A DNA stretch of 63,748 nt, filler included, from Globobulimina sp. (GCA_003354225.1; 37 parts of 37 records of this genome joined end to end with filler, not necessarily neighbours in it), one strand, 5' to 3'; shown: positions 25,932-37,011, counted from the whole stretch's first letter. Translations and numbers: made by a program. Notes: generated from the sequence alone by a model not told the origin.

Positions 25932-26720
25932 TTACATTTCAATAAAAAACCAACCAATCAAAGGTTTGTTAAATAAGTATTCCATGGAAGCATAATTCAT
26001 ACCGTATGCCAATGGATCTGTTTTAAAATCTGTGTCGGAATGAATGGTTTTATAATTTGTTGGAGCGTGATGGCTTAATATGATTACATTTTTATTCTCA
26101 TTTTTAGCTTTATTTAATTCGTATTGTAAAAACTTTATTGATTCATTATGCAATTTGTTAACAATTGGACAGGTTAATAATGGTAATTTCGCCTCTTTTA
26201 TTTCTTCTTTTTCATTATTTTCATGTTTAAATCGTATCCGTCTGAAGTCGTTAATTCTATATTCATACTGAATGGCAATGCTTTCATCATCAGCTGCTTT
26301 CGGATAATTAACCCACAGCGTAGTGCCTAATATTCTTATATTTGGCAAAATATCTTCAAATTCCAACCATTCATTCTGAAGGAAATATACTTTGTTTTTA
26401 TATGTTGGAGTGTTTGATATCTTGTCGTTAATTAATTGATGAACAGTGTGATATTCATTTTGATAATATTCATGATTGCCTGCAATGATTAGAATATATT
26501 TAAATTTATCTAATATCTTATCAATAAATTGCCAATATGCTTCTTTCTGTGGGCATCCTATATCACCCAATAAAGCTAAGATTGGAGCACCAGATATTGG
26601 AAAACGATCCTCTTTTTCCATTTTATCAAATACACCACCAAATTCTAAATGAAGATCACTGATGATTTGAATGGATGGTGTAATCCTATCATTTATTAAC
26701 ATTTCTGTCTCAGTTGCCAT
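25932..26720 (-). CDS. Calcineurin-like metallophosphoesterase; 3' end aberrant
   Basis: ISDLHLEF, LLGDIG, AGNHEYY, LGTTLW, LSHHAP; expected GHTH missing after GWFF. Confidence 0.9.
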   Translation of the reverse strand: MATETEMLINDRITPSIQIISDLHLEFGGVFDKMEKEDRFPISGAPILALLGDIGCPQKEAYWQFIDKILDKFKYILIIAGNHEYYQNEYHTVHQLINDKISNTPTYKNKVYFLQNEWLEFEDILPNIRILGTTLWVNYPKAADDESIAIQYEYRINDFRRIRFKHENNEKEEIKEAKLPLLTCPIVNKLHNESIKFLQYELNKAKNENKNVIILSHHAPTNYKTIHSDTDFKTDPLAYGMNYASMEYLFNKPLIGWFFIEM

Positions 26721-26875
26721 TATAAAAAAATATAGTTGTTTTTAGACAAAAGGATTAAAGGATTAAAGGATATATACAGATAGATAACCCCCGGCCTGTA
26801 TAACTTATGTTTACAACTTCTGAGTCACTTAAGCTCTGCCTTGCAACACACAAGCATTGCAATCATATCATTATT

Positions 26876-27259
26876 TTACGCACAAGCTTGTATTGGTTTT
26901 TGTGCGATGGCTGTGAGCACTTTAAATACGGTGTCAGATAAAGTAAGGATCGTTGTTTGCAGATTTTTGACTTTCTGGGCTTGGATATTTTGTGATTGTT
27001 GATGTGCTTTTGCTCTTTGATTCGCTTTCCGTGATTGGTATGCTTTGGTAGCAAACCCTATCAATATAAATAAAATAATAAAAAATGCTTCCGAGTACTT
27101 GTCGTCAGGGATAGGGAGCTCAATTGGCAGGACTCCCATTCTTGCGATCATCACAAGTGTCGACAATCCGTTGAAAGTGGACGTCAGCCACGAATACCAA
27201 CACCTTTGCTACAGCCACGACAAAAACATATCTTTTTTAACATTCGGGAACAACACCAT
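26876..27259 (-). pseudogene. Small membrane protein ORF with in-frame TAG at 27209-27211
   Basis: MVLFPNVKKDMFLSWL*QRCWYSW...FFIILFILIGF in one frame. Confidence 0.35.
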
Positions 27260-27634
27260 CGTGTAAATCGAACGGGGCAGCATATAATACTAAAAGCACA
27301 TTTACATAAGCTTTTCACGCCTGTGTGTATATATCAATTTGTATATATATAGTATATGATGTTGTGTGTCTGACTATATGCGACCGCAAATGTGTAAAAC
27401 AAAATAGTTTGTGTTGTTTCCATTATGTTACTATTAGACGCGTACGAAGATTAGTTCGGACTTGACAGGATTTTAAGTTTAGTTGAAAAAAACGTGAAAC
27501 GATAAATAAAGGCATACNNNNNNNNNNNNNNNNNNNNNNNNNNNNNNNNNNNNNNNNNNNNTTAATTAATTAANNNNNNNNNNNNNNNNNNNNNNNNNNN
27601 NNNNNNNNNNNNNNNNNCCAAGTTCATACTACTC

Positions 27635-28906
27635 ATGGCGTGGCTTCTTGAAAGTTTTAAAATCTATCAAAAATTGGAAAAAACTGTCAACAATCCTAAG
27701 TCAGAAATATGGAGTGAATGTTTCATAGCAATTCGAAAAATCGGAAATGAAGTAAAAGTATCTTCGTTGGACATATGCTTGTTATCATCTAATGAGATAA
27801 ATAAGAAACTATTGCAACAAAAAGAATTATGGACAACCACTCAAAAATCTGTTAAACACATTTTGAAACATCTTGCATTTCATTCAAATCATCATTTTTT
27901 ACCAGTTATGATTGAATCGTCTGACAGATATAGTTGGCTGACAATTATTTCAATAGCACATAATAACTGTTGCAAAGTTTTTGAGCAGTTTGATTTGATC
28001 ATAGATTCTCAATTTTCAAGTTATGGCGCAAGAGTTGATATAATAACAACAGAATTTATTGACAGATGCAGTGACTACGAATGGTGTCACACATTTTGGG
28101 TCACCTTTTATGAATTGAATCAATCAGTTGATCGTTTTGATCCTTTTGACCCTATTCTAAAGACAGTATCTGGTTTTACGTTGTTTTTTGGCGCAAAACG
28201 CATTCACAATATGTTGTCAAACAGAAGTAATAAAGAAATTCAAAAAGAAATGGTTTATACGTGGGACAGTCGGGAAGTAGAATTAGCAAATGTTGATAGA
28301 CTGAAATTGTACAAAGTATTAATTGGTTGGCGTAACCATTCAGATATTGAGGAATATGGCAAAATGTTTATCCCCAGTCATTTTGAACCAGTTGGACGCG
28401 GTCAATTTCTTATAGAAAACGTAGCTTTCCTTTATGGAAAAATGCATTTGCAAAATAAAAGATATTTGGATGCAAAATATGAATTTATTTATGCGATTGA
28501 TAATGCATCGTCATTTGTGATGATATCTTTGTCATTGCGATATTTAAGTACAGTTTGCAAATATTTTGGTGAATATGGAATCGGTTTAAAATGTTTAAGA
28601 CGTGCTTATAAATTATGTCATATTGATAATGAGCTGTGTATTACTCCATCATTTGTAGAGAGATATGGTAAAAAAAAGATGTTTTTTATAAAAAAGTTGA
28701 ATAAAATGGAATGTGGATGTTGTGGAATGAAAAAAGGAATAAAATTGCGGTCATGCAGTGGATGCATGAAAGCAATGTATTGCAATAGAAAATGTCAAAA
28801 AAAGCATTGGAAAAATGTACATCACAATAATTGTGATAACAAGTTTTGGTCTCGGAATTATAGTATGCTTAAAAAATCATGTGCTATTTTTAAAAAGTTA
28901 TTGTAA
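27635..28906 (+). CDS. MYND zinc-finger protein
   Basis: CGCC...CSGCMKAMYCNRKCQKKHWKNVHHNNC. Confidence 0.9.
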   Translation: MAWLLESFKIYQKLEKTVNNPKSEIWSECFIAIRKIGNEVKVSSLDICLLSSNEINKKLLQQKELWTTTQKSVKHILKHLAFHSNHHFLPVMIESSDRYSWLTIISIAHNNCCKVFEQFDLIIDSQFSSYGARVDIITTEFIDRCSDYEWCHTFWVTFYELNQSVDRFDPFDPILKTVSGFTLFFGAKRIHNMLSNRSNKEIQKEMVYTWDSREVELANVDRLKLYKVLIGWRNHSDIEEYGKMFIPSHFEPVGRGQFLIENVAFLYGKMHLQNKRYLDAKYEFIYAIDNASSFVMISLSLRYLSTVCKYFGEYGIGLKCLRRAYKLCHIDNELCITPSFVERYGKKKMFFIKKLNKMECGCCGMKKGIKLRSCSGCMKAMYCNRKCQKKHWKNVHHNNCDNKFWSRNYSMLKKSCAIFKKLL

Positions 28907-29344
28907 TTGGCACACACAACAATGGATATTTATATTTTGTGGTAAAATAAACCAAAAAGTCAAAGAAAAGATTTTCATTAAAAACAAATGATTGGTTGTT
29001 TATTCAGGATTTGCTCAATGATAAGTTATTGGGTGAATCCAAGACTGTTTTGTAAATAATTGATTTTAGTATATTCTGATGGTTTTCTAATTCCTTGAAA
29101 CATTTCCCAACACTTTCTAACATATCCCATTACAATCAATCCATTCTCATCGCATAATCTTCAGCAACAAACTTTTGTCGATCCCAGTTTTTTGCTATCA
29201 GAATGTATTTTGCATACACCCAACAATGGTTTTATTTCAAACTNNNNNNNNNNNNNNNNNNNNNNNNNNNNNNNNNNNNNNNNNNNNTTAATTAATTAAN
29301 NNNNNNNNNNNNNNNNNNNNNNNNNNNNNNNNNNNNNNNNNNNA

Positions 29345-29500
29345 CGAGTATTAGAAGGAGGAATTTGTCAACCTTCTGGTGAAGAATTCACAATAATCAT
29401 TGTTAAATCATATGAAGAAGAATCATTCACAACATCACACAAAATACGCGGATGTTTTGATTTAGTTTTTAATACGATTAATCGATTCGAAATTTATTGA
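29345..29500 (+). CDS. Phage hypothetical protein, 3' end
   Basis: Open frame RVLEGG...RFEIY* ends 2 nt before the next ATG. Confidence 0.45.
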   Translation, partial: RVLEGGICQPSGEEFTIIIVKSYEEESFTTSHKIRGCFDLVFNTINRFEIY

Positions 29501-29502
29501 AA

Positions 29503-30033
29503 ATGAAAGAAGTGTTAACACAAGAAAAATTAAAAGAATTATTAGAATATGATTCTGATACTGGAATATTCATATGGAAAGTGTCAACAGCTAATAGAAT
29601 TAAAGTTGGTGATACTGCTGGTAGTTTGTGTCATGATTATATCCAAATACAAATAGATAGTAAAATTTATAAAGCTCATCGTTTGGTGTGGTTATATGTT
29701 CATGGATATTTTCCAGAACATGGTATAGATCATAAAAATAGAATTAGATCTGACAATTGTATTGATAATTTAAGAGAAGCATCACAAAGTTGTAATATGA
29801 GAAATGCTGGAATGTTATCTAATAATATATCTGGTGTAAAAGGAGTATGTTATCATAAAGCAGCTAAAAAATGGCAAGCATATATAAAGACACCTGAAAT
29901 AAATATTTATCTTGGTATTTTTAAAAATGTTGATGCCGCGGTTAAAGCAAGATGGAATGCGGAAGTCAACTATAATTTTCCAAATTGTAATACTTCATCA
30001 TCTGCTTATTTGTATTTGAATGAAAATTGTTAA
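29503..30033 (+). CDS. Phage HNH homing endonuclease with AP2-like domain
   Basis: LTQEKLKELLEYDSDTGIFIW, AHRLVW, IDHKNRIRSDNCIDNLR, SGVKGV...WQAYI...YLGIF. Confidence 0.93.
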   Translation: MKEVLTQEKLKELLEYDSDTGIFIWKVSTANRIKVGDTAGSLCHDYIQIQIDSKIYKAHRLVWLYVHGYFPEHGIDHKNRIRSDNCIDNLREASQSCNMRNAGMLSNNISGVKGVCYHKAAKKWQAYIKTPEINIYLGIFKNVDAAVKARWNAEVNYNFPNCNTSSSAYLYLNENC

Positions 30034-30055
30034 ATTATTATAAAAGGATATTGAT

Positions 30056-30424
30056 ATGAAAAAGATAAAGGAATTTATTGAAAATAAATTAGGAATGGAA
30101 ACAATGGATCATTCTGCAGAAAATGTAGAATATTTAATAACACCTATGTTTTCAGTTATCAAATTTAATGATAATTATGCACTTTCTTTTGGAATAAATA
30201 TTGATAAAAAATATGCATTTGATTTTTATATTGAATTAGGACAACATTTTTTAGATGAAATTGATTTTGAAATATATGATGATTGTCTCATTAAGTTTAA
30301 TAGATTCACAAACGAATTAGAATATTTTTGTTTTGGACAACAAGCAAAAAACATTTACTTTAGTGAAATTTATAAAGATATAACTGCTCAAGCATCTATT
30401 CCTAAAGATACGGTGTGGAATTAG
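30056..30424 (+). CDS. Phage hypothetical protein
   Basis: AAAGGA Shine-Dalgarno-like motif upstream; abuts primase. Confidence 0.75.
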   Translation: MKKIKEFIENKLGMETMDHSAENVEYLITPMFSVIKFNDNYALSFGINIDKKYAFDFYIELGQHFLDEIDFEIYDDCLIKFNRFTNELEYFCFGQQAKNIYFSEIYKDITAQASIPKDTVWN

Positions 30425-30969
30425 ATGTTTTACGATGTTTTACACCAATTACCTGTTCAAAACATGGTCAAAAAAGGTCATCAATATAATTTTAAGTGTC
30501 CTGTTTGTAATGATGGGAATAGGAATAAAACAAGAGCATGGTTTTTTGAAAAGAAAGGTAATTGGTGTTTTCATTGCTTTAATTGTGGTACGGGTCACTC
30601 ATTTAATAATTTTGTTAAGTATCACTATCCAGACATTTATAAGAATATAGTTAAGTTATCTTTCAAGCAAAAACAAAATGTTAAAGTAATTGAGAATGAA
30701 ACAAAGTTACAAGAGTCAATAAAAACATATAATGAATTTCCTTTAATAAGCGTTGATTTGCTGGGTGAAAATCATAAGGCATACCTATACATCAAAGAAC
30801 GAAAAATACCTGTTAAATCGTTGCCTCTGTTGTTCTATTCGTCTGATTTTACTAAATTCACAAACAGTATGACTAACAATAGATATTCTGATTGGAAATT
30901 TCATGATCAGCGATTAGTAATTCCATTTCGTAAAAGAGATAAATCAATATTTGCATTTCAAGGACGAGA
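30425..30969 (+). CDS. T4-like phage DNA primase (gp61-like), N-terminal part
   Basis: YNFKCPVCNDG...RAWF...FHCFNCG zinc ribbon; YIKERKIP; RLVIPF...FAFQGR. Confidence 0.9.
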
Positions 30970-31069
30970 NNNNNNNNNNNNNNNNNNNNNNNNNNNNNNN
31001 NNNNNNNNNNNNNTTAATTAATTAANNNNNNNNNNNNNNNNNNNNNNNNNNNNNNNNNNNNNNNNNNNN

Positions 31070-32262
31070 ACTCTGTCAAATTTTTATTTTGAATTTATAT
31101 TGATATCAATTGGAATTCAATGTTGTAATTTCTTATTATCATATTTTTGTAGAATTGATAATTTTACAGGTAAATAATACTAAATATTCATATTTGATTA
31201 CATGTATATAATTTTCAAGGATGCACAAATTTTTGTACCTTAACAATATTAAGTTATTATTGCTCAAATTGTTACAATGTAAAACAATCAATGATGACAT
31301 GTATGTTATTAATGTGGTCACTCCGTTTAGGAATATTTTTATTGTCTAGAATGCTAATAAGAGATAAAGGCGGTGATGATAGGTTGGATAAACTTCGTTT
31401 AAAGCCACACAATTTGCTCACTTTTTGGATATTACATTGTTTATGGTGTTTAATTGTATCATTACCAGTTACTTTATTTAATTTAATTATTTATAGTGAT
31501 CTGGATGCAAATCATAATGCGTTTTGTAACCAATATTTGTCATTCGATATCGTAGAATATATTGGTTTAAGTATATGGTTATTTGGGATGTCGTTATCCT
31601 CTGTTGCTGACATACAAAAATTAAAACATTACGAATTAAATAAAAATATTAAAACAAACAAAGTATTTTGCAATGTTGGTGTTTGGCGATATAGCCGCAA
31701 CCCTAATTTTTGTGGGGAATGCATTTTATGGGCTGGAATGGCTATTGTTTCATCATATAATTTGTATATTAATCCTGTATTACACACAACAAATAAACGG
31801 TATTTTATATGCATACCATATTTGCGTCCTTTGTTCACCGCATTTGTATTAATTGGGTGGTCTGGAAGTTAACTACATTAATATTCATTTTTTTTAATTT
31901 CATCCAATATATTTGTCAATGTTGTTACTGTTTTAGTTCCATTTCGAGAAAGAAAATATTGGAAACGATTTGGAAATCAAAATATAGAATACATGGAATA
32001 TAGAAAAAATACATCAATTATATGGCCATTACCGCCTGGAATATATCAGTTGATCCCAAATATTATAAAAAGAACAATATTTTGTGAGCTTAAGGTAGTA
32101 CAGGAACAAATTAAGCAGTTCAGCGATGGGTGATAATTATCTATAAAATTACCAGATATCACCCATCGTTGAAATAATTAATATATTCCTATCATAAATA
32201 TATATGTGATGAAGATGTTTGAATACAAATCAAAAGCGGAAAGACGAGGTAAATACAATTAA
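31070..32262 (+). CDS. DUF1295 (steroid 5-alpha-reductase-like) membrane protein; introns near 31170, 31868-31936 and probably 32095-32214
   Basis: WSLRLGIFL, DDRLD, ADIQK, GVWRYSRNPNFCGE, SGIPFRE, YRKNTS. Confidence 0.88.
32102..32190. repeat. 34-bp imperfect inverted repeat (hairpin)
   Basis: Arm 32102-32135 vs reverse complement of 32157-32190: 28/34 identical, ungapped. Confidence 0.9.
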
Positions 32263-32410
32263 CAAACAAGCAAAAAATATTTATTTAATATCAAAAAATA
32301 TACAATAAAAACTCAAAAATTAATTAAAAAGATTTCACAAAACCCATTCAAGAAAAAAAAAACATGTCAAATGCAACTTCGCTTTATTTTATGATTCACT
32401 TTCTATATAA

Positions 32411-32695
32411 TCAAAAATCAACAAATGCGGTATGAGTGACAGCTTCAGTGTTTGCATCAAAATGGGCTTCGACAATAGCACAGTTACCAACATATGACCA
32501 AATATTTAGCAACGCCCGAAAATATCCACAATGTCCAATTAAAACGATATTATGTTCAGAGCGTGACGCTAAAAACGATTTAAATCTTGCTTGTCTTTGT
32601 TGAAACTCTTTTTTTGTCTCAAATTTCAATTTGGTTTCGTCGTCGTTATCAAAGGCTTCCTGCCATTCCTTCTCATCATCATAATCGTCTTCTTC
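32411..32695 (-). CDS. Histidine phosphatase/phosphoglycerate mutase family, C-terminal part
   Basis: ETKKEFQQR...IVLIGHCGYF...NCAI. Confidence 0.75.
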   Translation of the reverse strand, partial: EEDDYDDEKEWQEAFDNDDETKLKFETKKEFQQRQARFKSFLASRSEHNIVLIGHCGYFRALLNIWSYVGNCAIVEAHFDANTEAVTHTAFVDF

Positions 32696-32811
32696 NNNNN
32701 NNNNNNNNNNNNNNNNNNNNNNNNNNNNNNNNNNNNNNNTTAATTAATTAANNNNNNNNNNNNNNNNNNNNNNNNNNNNNNNNNNNNNNNNNNNNTTGGT
32801 GATACTGTTGG

Positions 32812-33432
32812 CTAAACTGTGCTGCCGATTGATAATCCAGCGCCGTTCGTCCATGCTGATGCATCTGCATATCTATTTTGTGCGTTTATATTGAAATAAA
32901 TTATTAGTTTTACCGGTGAACAATCATCTACTTCGTTATCAACACATAAGTGTTTGTAATGAGAATAGCCATCGCCGCAAGCACCATCAGTAATTTCCCA
33001 GTCTTGTTCATATCCGGTGTTTACTGCCTCATTGACTGCCCCTGGGGGAATACACCATGACTTTGTACCCCACCATGCGTCCAATGTATCAGTCACTAAA
33101 ACGCTGTCTACAACAACTGCATTATTATTTGGATTGTCAACCATTATTTTATATTCTGAATTGAGGCAATTCGAGCTGAGTACTGTCCAATTATCTGAGG
33201 CACAAATATAAGTTGTATCGTGTGTTGATGGTTGAATGTCACATTGAAGTATGGCAGAATTAAACCACAATGTCACTGTGATTGTACCAGCTGTCGCGGC
33301 GTAATTAAACTCAGCAGTTTTAATAGAAAATGATTGTACATCACCAATACCATTTGTTATTTTAAACAAAACCAATGCGTACAATATGAATTTCAATGTA
33401 AAATGACTTTCCGTCAAAAAACAAGTTGACAT
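32812..33432 (-). CDS. Secreted Cys-containing protein, possibly with premature stop
   Basis: Signal peptide; TAG is followed in frame by PTVSP. Confidence 0.6.
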   Translation of the reverse strand: MSTCFLTESHFTLKFILYALVLFKITNGIGDVQSFSIKTAEFNYAATAGTITVTLWFNSAILQCDIQPSTHDTTYICASDNWTVLSSNCLNSEYKIMVDNPNNNAVVVDSVLVTDTLDAWWGTKSWCIPPGAVNEAVNTGYEQDWEITDGACGDGYSHYKHLCVDNEVDDCSPVKLIIYFNINAQNRYADASAWTNGAGLSIGSTV

Positions 33433-33570
33433 TATTTAAAAAGGTTTTCGCTGCGGGCAAAAGGACTGTGTACTGTACGGACTTTTAACCAAAAAGTTAC
33501 GGATTTTACGAGAGCGATTAGTGATTACAAATTTCAAAATAAATCAAGAATTAAATGAATTGCAAGTTTT

Positions 33571-34421
33571 TTATAATGCAGTATATAGTCTAGTTACACC
33601 ATCAGAACACGCAGCAAAAATCCAAGGTTGCGTTTTGTGCCATACAAGATCCAAAAACCTGTGCTTTCGAATTTGTATTATTTTCAACGGCAACAAAATT
33701 GGATCCTGGAATTTCGTCCGGAACATCTTACAGTAAAAAATATATATTTTGCCATCATCACCACACGAGGCCCACAAATTATATTTACGATCATGATGAA
33801 ACATTACATTTCGAACACAATGCGAGCCCTGCCCAGAAACATGATATTTAAATGTTTTATAGGGCGAATGCGATAAATCCATATCATACCAACCGACGTG
33901 GCCATCCATGCCACCAACGATCATATTTAAGCCCGATCTGTGCAGTGATAGGCACGTTATCCAATTGGTAGTCACCGCATATTTCTCCCGCAATTTGCAT
34001 TTCCCCAAATCGAAGCAACGAATCGACTGCTTACACGCCACATATATGAGTGGTTTGCGTGGATGCCATTCAATGTCACTTATATCGCCAATGGATTTAC
34101 TAAATGGCAACACAGACTCGAACTTACTCATTTTATGGATTATCAGCGACGCTCTCTTATCACCGCCACCCGCGCCACTGCTCCAAGTACAAAAATATTC
34201 GCCGCGATTGTGCCATTTAACGCCATTTAGGAAATTCAAAAATGAGATACAAATCACATTGTTATTAATCAATTCATAATTGCCAATGATTGTATTTTGT
34301 TTATTGCTGTGAAAGGTTAAAAACGACCATCTCGCTGCCATTGAAATGTCATCTGTATTCTGTTCGATTTTCTCCTTTTCCCCTTCCTCCTCATCCTCCT
34401 CCGCTTCGTTTGTTTGTTTTT
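33571..34421 (-). CDS. BOP1: Ribosome biogenesis WD40 protein BOP1/Erb1, C-terminal part
   Basis: WHNRGEYF, WYDMDLSHSPYK, DPILLPLK, WHKTQPWIF...RLYT. Confidence 0.9.
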
Positions 34422-34523
34422 NNNNNNNNNNNNNNNNNNNNNNNNNNNNNNNNNNNNNNNNNNNNTTAATTAATTAANNNNNNNNNNNNNNNNNNNNNNN
34501 NNNNNNNNNNNNNNNNNNNNNAC

Positions 34524-34670
34524 ATTGATAACAGAAATGTTATTTTAGAACAAGTGAAGCAGCAATATAACATGCAAACAATATCAGATGCTAAACAATT
34601 ACTGTTGACAATTATGTACGGCGGTTCAACAGATTTTCATATCATGGTGAAAAACAATAAGAAGATTTCA
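34524..34670 (+). CDS. Fragment resembling family-A/TV-Pol motif B of virus/transposon primase-polymerases
   Basis: IDNRNVILEQ...SDAKQLLLTIMYGG. Confidence 0.4.
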
Positions 34671-34828
34671 AAGAATGGAATTCCGAATATAGCTCCTCGG
34701 CAATAAGTACGATTCAAGAATGGAAAGAGTCACAATCTTCATCAGAAATTACGTCGATTACTCCAATCGATGATACAGGAATTCATTATTACATACCACC
34801 ACAACAAACATTTCTTGAAACAAGAAAA

Positions 34829-35785
34829 ATGTTATTACAACATTGGAAATCTGAGCCCCCAAAAAATATTTATCCATTTAACATAGATGGTTATCCTTTA
34901 AATAAAGATGCATTACATCCAAAAATATATTTCCATGGTAGAGTTACTAATCCGTATTGTAAGGAATCTATGAACACTGAACTACATCGTAGGGATGGTT
35001 GGAGAGAGTGGCCAAAAACGACTAATTTTTATTACACCGATGATGGTAGTTTGGGTGACTATGATAATTTATGGACTATTGCATTAACTGAAAAAAATAC
35101 AAATCCACCTTCTCCAATGGGTGATCTTTATTGGACAATCAGATTTTCGCATCAACACTCACATGTTCCGTTTGGTTTTATTGTTGTATTTCAACCCCGA
35201 AATGAGGCATGTTCTGTTATGGAACCTCAATTGTTTGGTCAGCGTTTGTGTCAGAGCGGCGTGAGCTTACACACGAGGTCAAGCGTGATTCCGAGACAAG
35301 ACCATTCTGCTTCGGAAGCAAATGGTTATTATACAAACACAAATCTTGGCCCTGATTCATATGTATTTACACCTTATGCTCAAGTTGAAGAATGTGGATT
35401 GGATATAGTTCGTGTGTATTGTGCTGATTATACTTTAGTGAAAAACTGTGAAGAAAACTTACCCTCACCATGGCCGTATACTCAAGGATGGGATATTCTC
35501 GATATTGCACCAGAAATAAAAAATGCAAATATTCAAGATATTGAAGATACTGAAGATATTGATGAAATTACAAAAGTTGGAGGTGAGGAAACAGATGCAG
35601 GTTTAATTGTAAGTGAAGAGGGATTGATATCGGATGACATTGTAAGTGAAAAGAATGATATTCGTTTATGGCCATTTCTTATTATTTTAATTGGGATTGT
35701 ATGTGTTATTGGTGTTGTATATGTAAAGTATTGGATGAACAAACATGAATCTGGAAAAGTTGTGCACCAAAATTCTGTTGTATAA
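34829..35785 (+). CDS. Hypothetical type I membrane protein; frame open upstream to about 34661
   Basis: C-terminal TM LWPFLIILIGIVCVIGVVYV. Confidence 0.7.
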   Translation: MLLQHWKSEPPKNIYPFNIDGYPLNKDALHPKIYFHGRVTNPYCKESMNTELHRRDGWREWPKTTNFYYTDDGSLGDYDNLWTIALTEKNTNPPSPMGDLYWTIRFSHQHSHVPFGFIVVFQPRNEACSVMEPQLFGQRLCQSGVSLHTRSSVIPRQDHSASEANGYYTNTNLGPDSYVFTPYAQVEECGLDIVRVYCADYTLVKNCEENLPSPWPYTQGWDILDIAPEIKNANIQDIEDTEDIDEITKVGGEETDAGLIVSEEGLISDDIVSEKNDIRLWPFLIILIGIVCVIGVVYVKYWMNKHESGKVVHQNSVV

Positions 35786-36811
35786 AAGAGGTACCTTTAT
35801 GTGGCAAGGTTTCAGTTTTAATGCAAAACGTGCGGTCGTACAATAGAGTTAACAATTTGATCTTCCTTAAACATTTGCAAATTCGTTTTTTAATTGTTTT
35901 AAAACTGAATCCTTGCCCCATACCGATACCTCTTTTAATACATTTTTGATTCATTGTTTTTTTGCAATTTCAATTTTTGACACTTTATGCAATTAATACT
36001 GGTTTTTGATCGAAATGTTTGTACAAGATCTTTATTAACTGTTGCTTTGTTAATATTATGTATTGTATGGTATACATTATTGATACTAACATTTGTTTGG
36101 TGTAATAATGATAAATATAAATATGAATGGAAAGGACCAAAAGCAATNNNNNNNNNNNNNNNNNNNNNNNNNNNNNNNNNNNNNNNNNNNNTTAATTAAT
36201 TAANNNNNNNNNNNNNNNNNNNNNNNNNNNNNNNNNNNNNNNNNNNNTCCCAAGTCTAGACCCAATTCAGAATGCTTTTAACTGGACCTCGTCAGTAGAC
36301 TGCTAAAAGCATCGAAGCTCATGAATAGCCAAAAAAGGTTAAAAACACTTTTTTAGACAAAATTCACTATTCTACTCTTAAAAAAATTTTTTTAAAAAAT
36401 AAATATTTAAATACCTATTATGGTACCTGCAAATTAGTGCTATGGTTAATTTGAAAATTAAAATTATTTTTATATGTGAGTGTCGAAAAAATCGAAGTTT
36501 TATTAAGAAAATTAAAAAAGTGCGTCGTCGTCCCTTTTATAGAGCCATAATAAAACACAAATACTTAATGTTTTACTTGAATTGTAGAGGAGTTTGCTTC
36601 ATCTGTTTCTTCTCCTTCAGTACGATTCCTTTTTGTAGGAGCCATCACTTTTGAATGGACGTACAGGACAGATAAAATAATAGAATGACGTTATTTTTCT
36701 AAAACTTTTCTTCAAAGTTTTCCTGAGTTGCTAGTTTTGCAATAGATCTGATAACGAATTTCTTATAGCAAAACTATAGTTATTCTGTACCCATTGTTTA
36801 TTTTTCATTAA

Positions 36812-37003
36812 TTTGTAGCCAAGTCTCTGTTGCCTGCTGGGGAAATAGTTTATCTATTTGATTTTACTTGGTTTATATACGCAAACACACGCCACATTGG
36901 TCGATTTTTAATTGTTTGTAGCCATGCCTCTGTTGCTGGGGAGTAGTTTATCAATTTGATTCCACTTAGTTTATATACGCAAACGTATGCCACATTCGTC
37001 TAT
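36812..37003. repeat. Two diverged direct repeats, period about 103 bp
   Basis: tttgtagcca..tctgttg..gctgggg..tagtttatc..gtttatatacgcaaac..gccacatt at 36812 and 36915. Confidence 0.9.
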
Positions 37004-37011
37004 GCTTAGAT

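Noticed and set aside
27209-32814. TAG reassignment suggested by in-frame TAGs at 27209, 32812 and near 59530
   Set aside because: Many long conserved ORFs in the window contain no internal TAG; isolated nonsense changes or errors are more likely.
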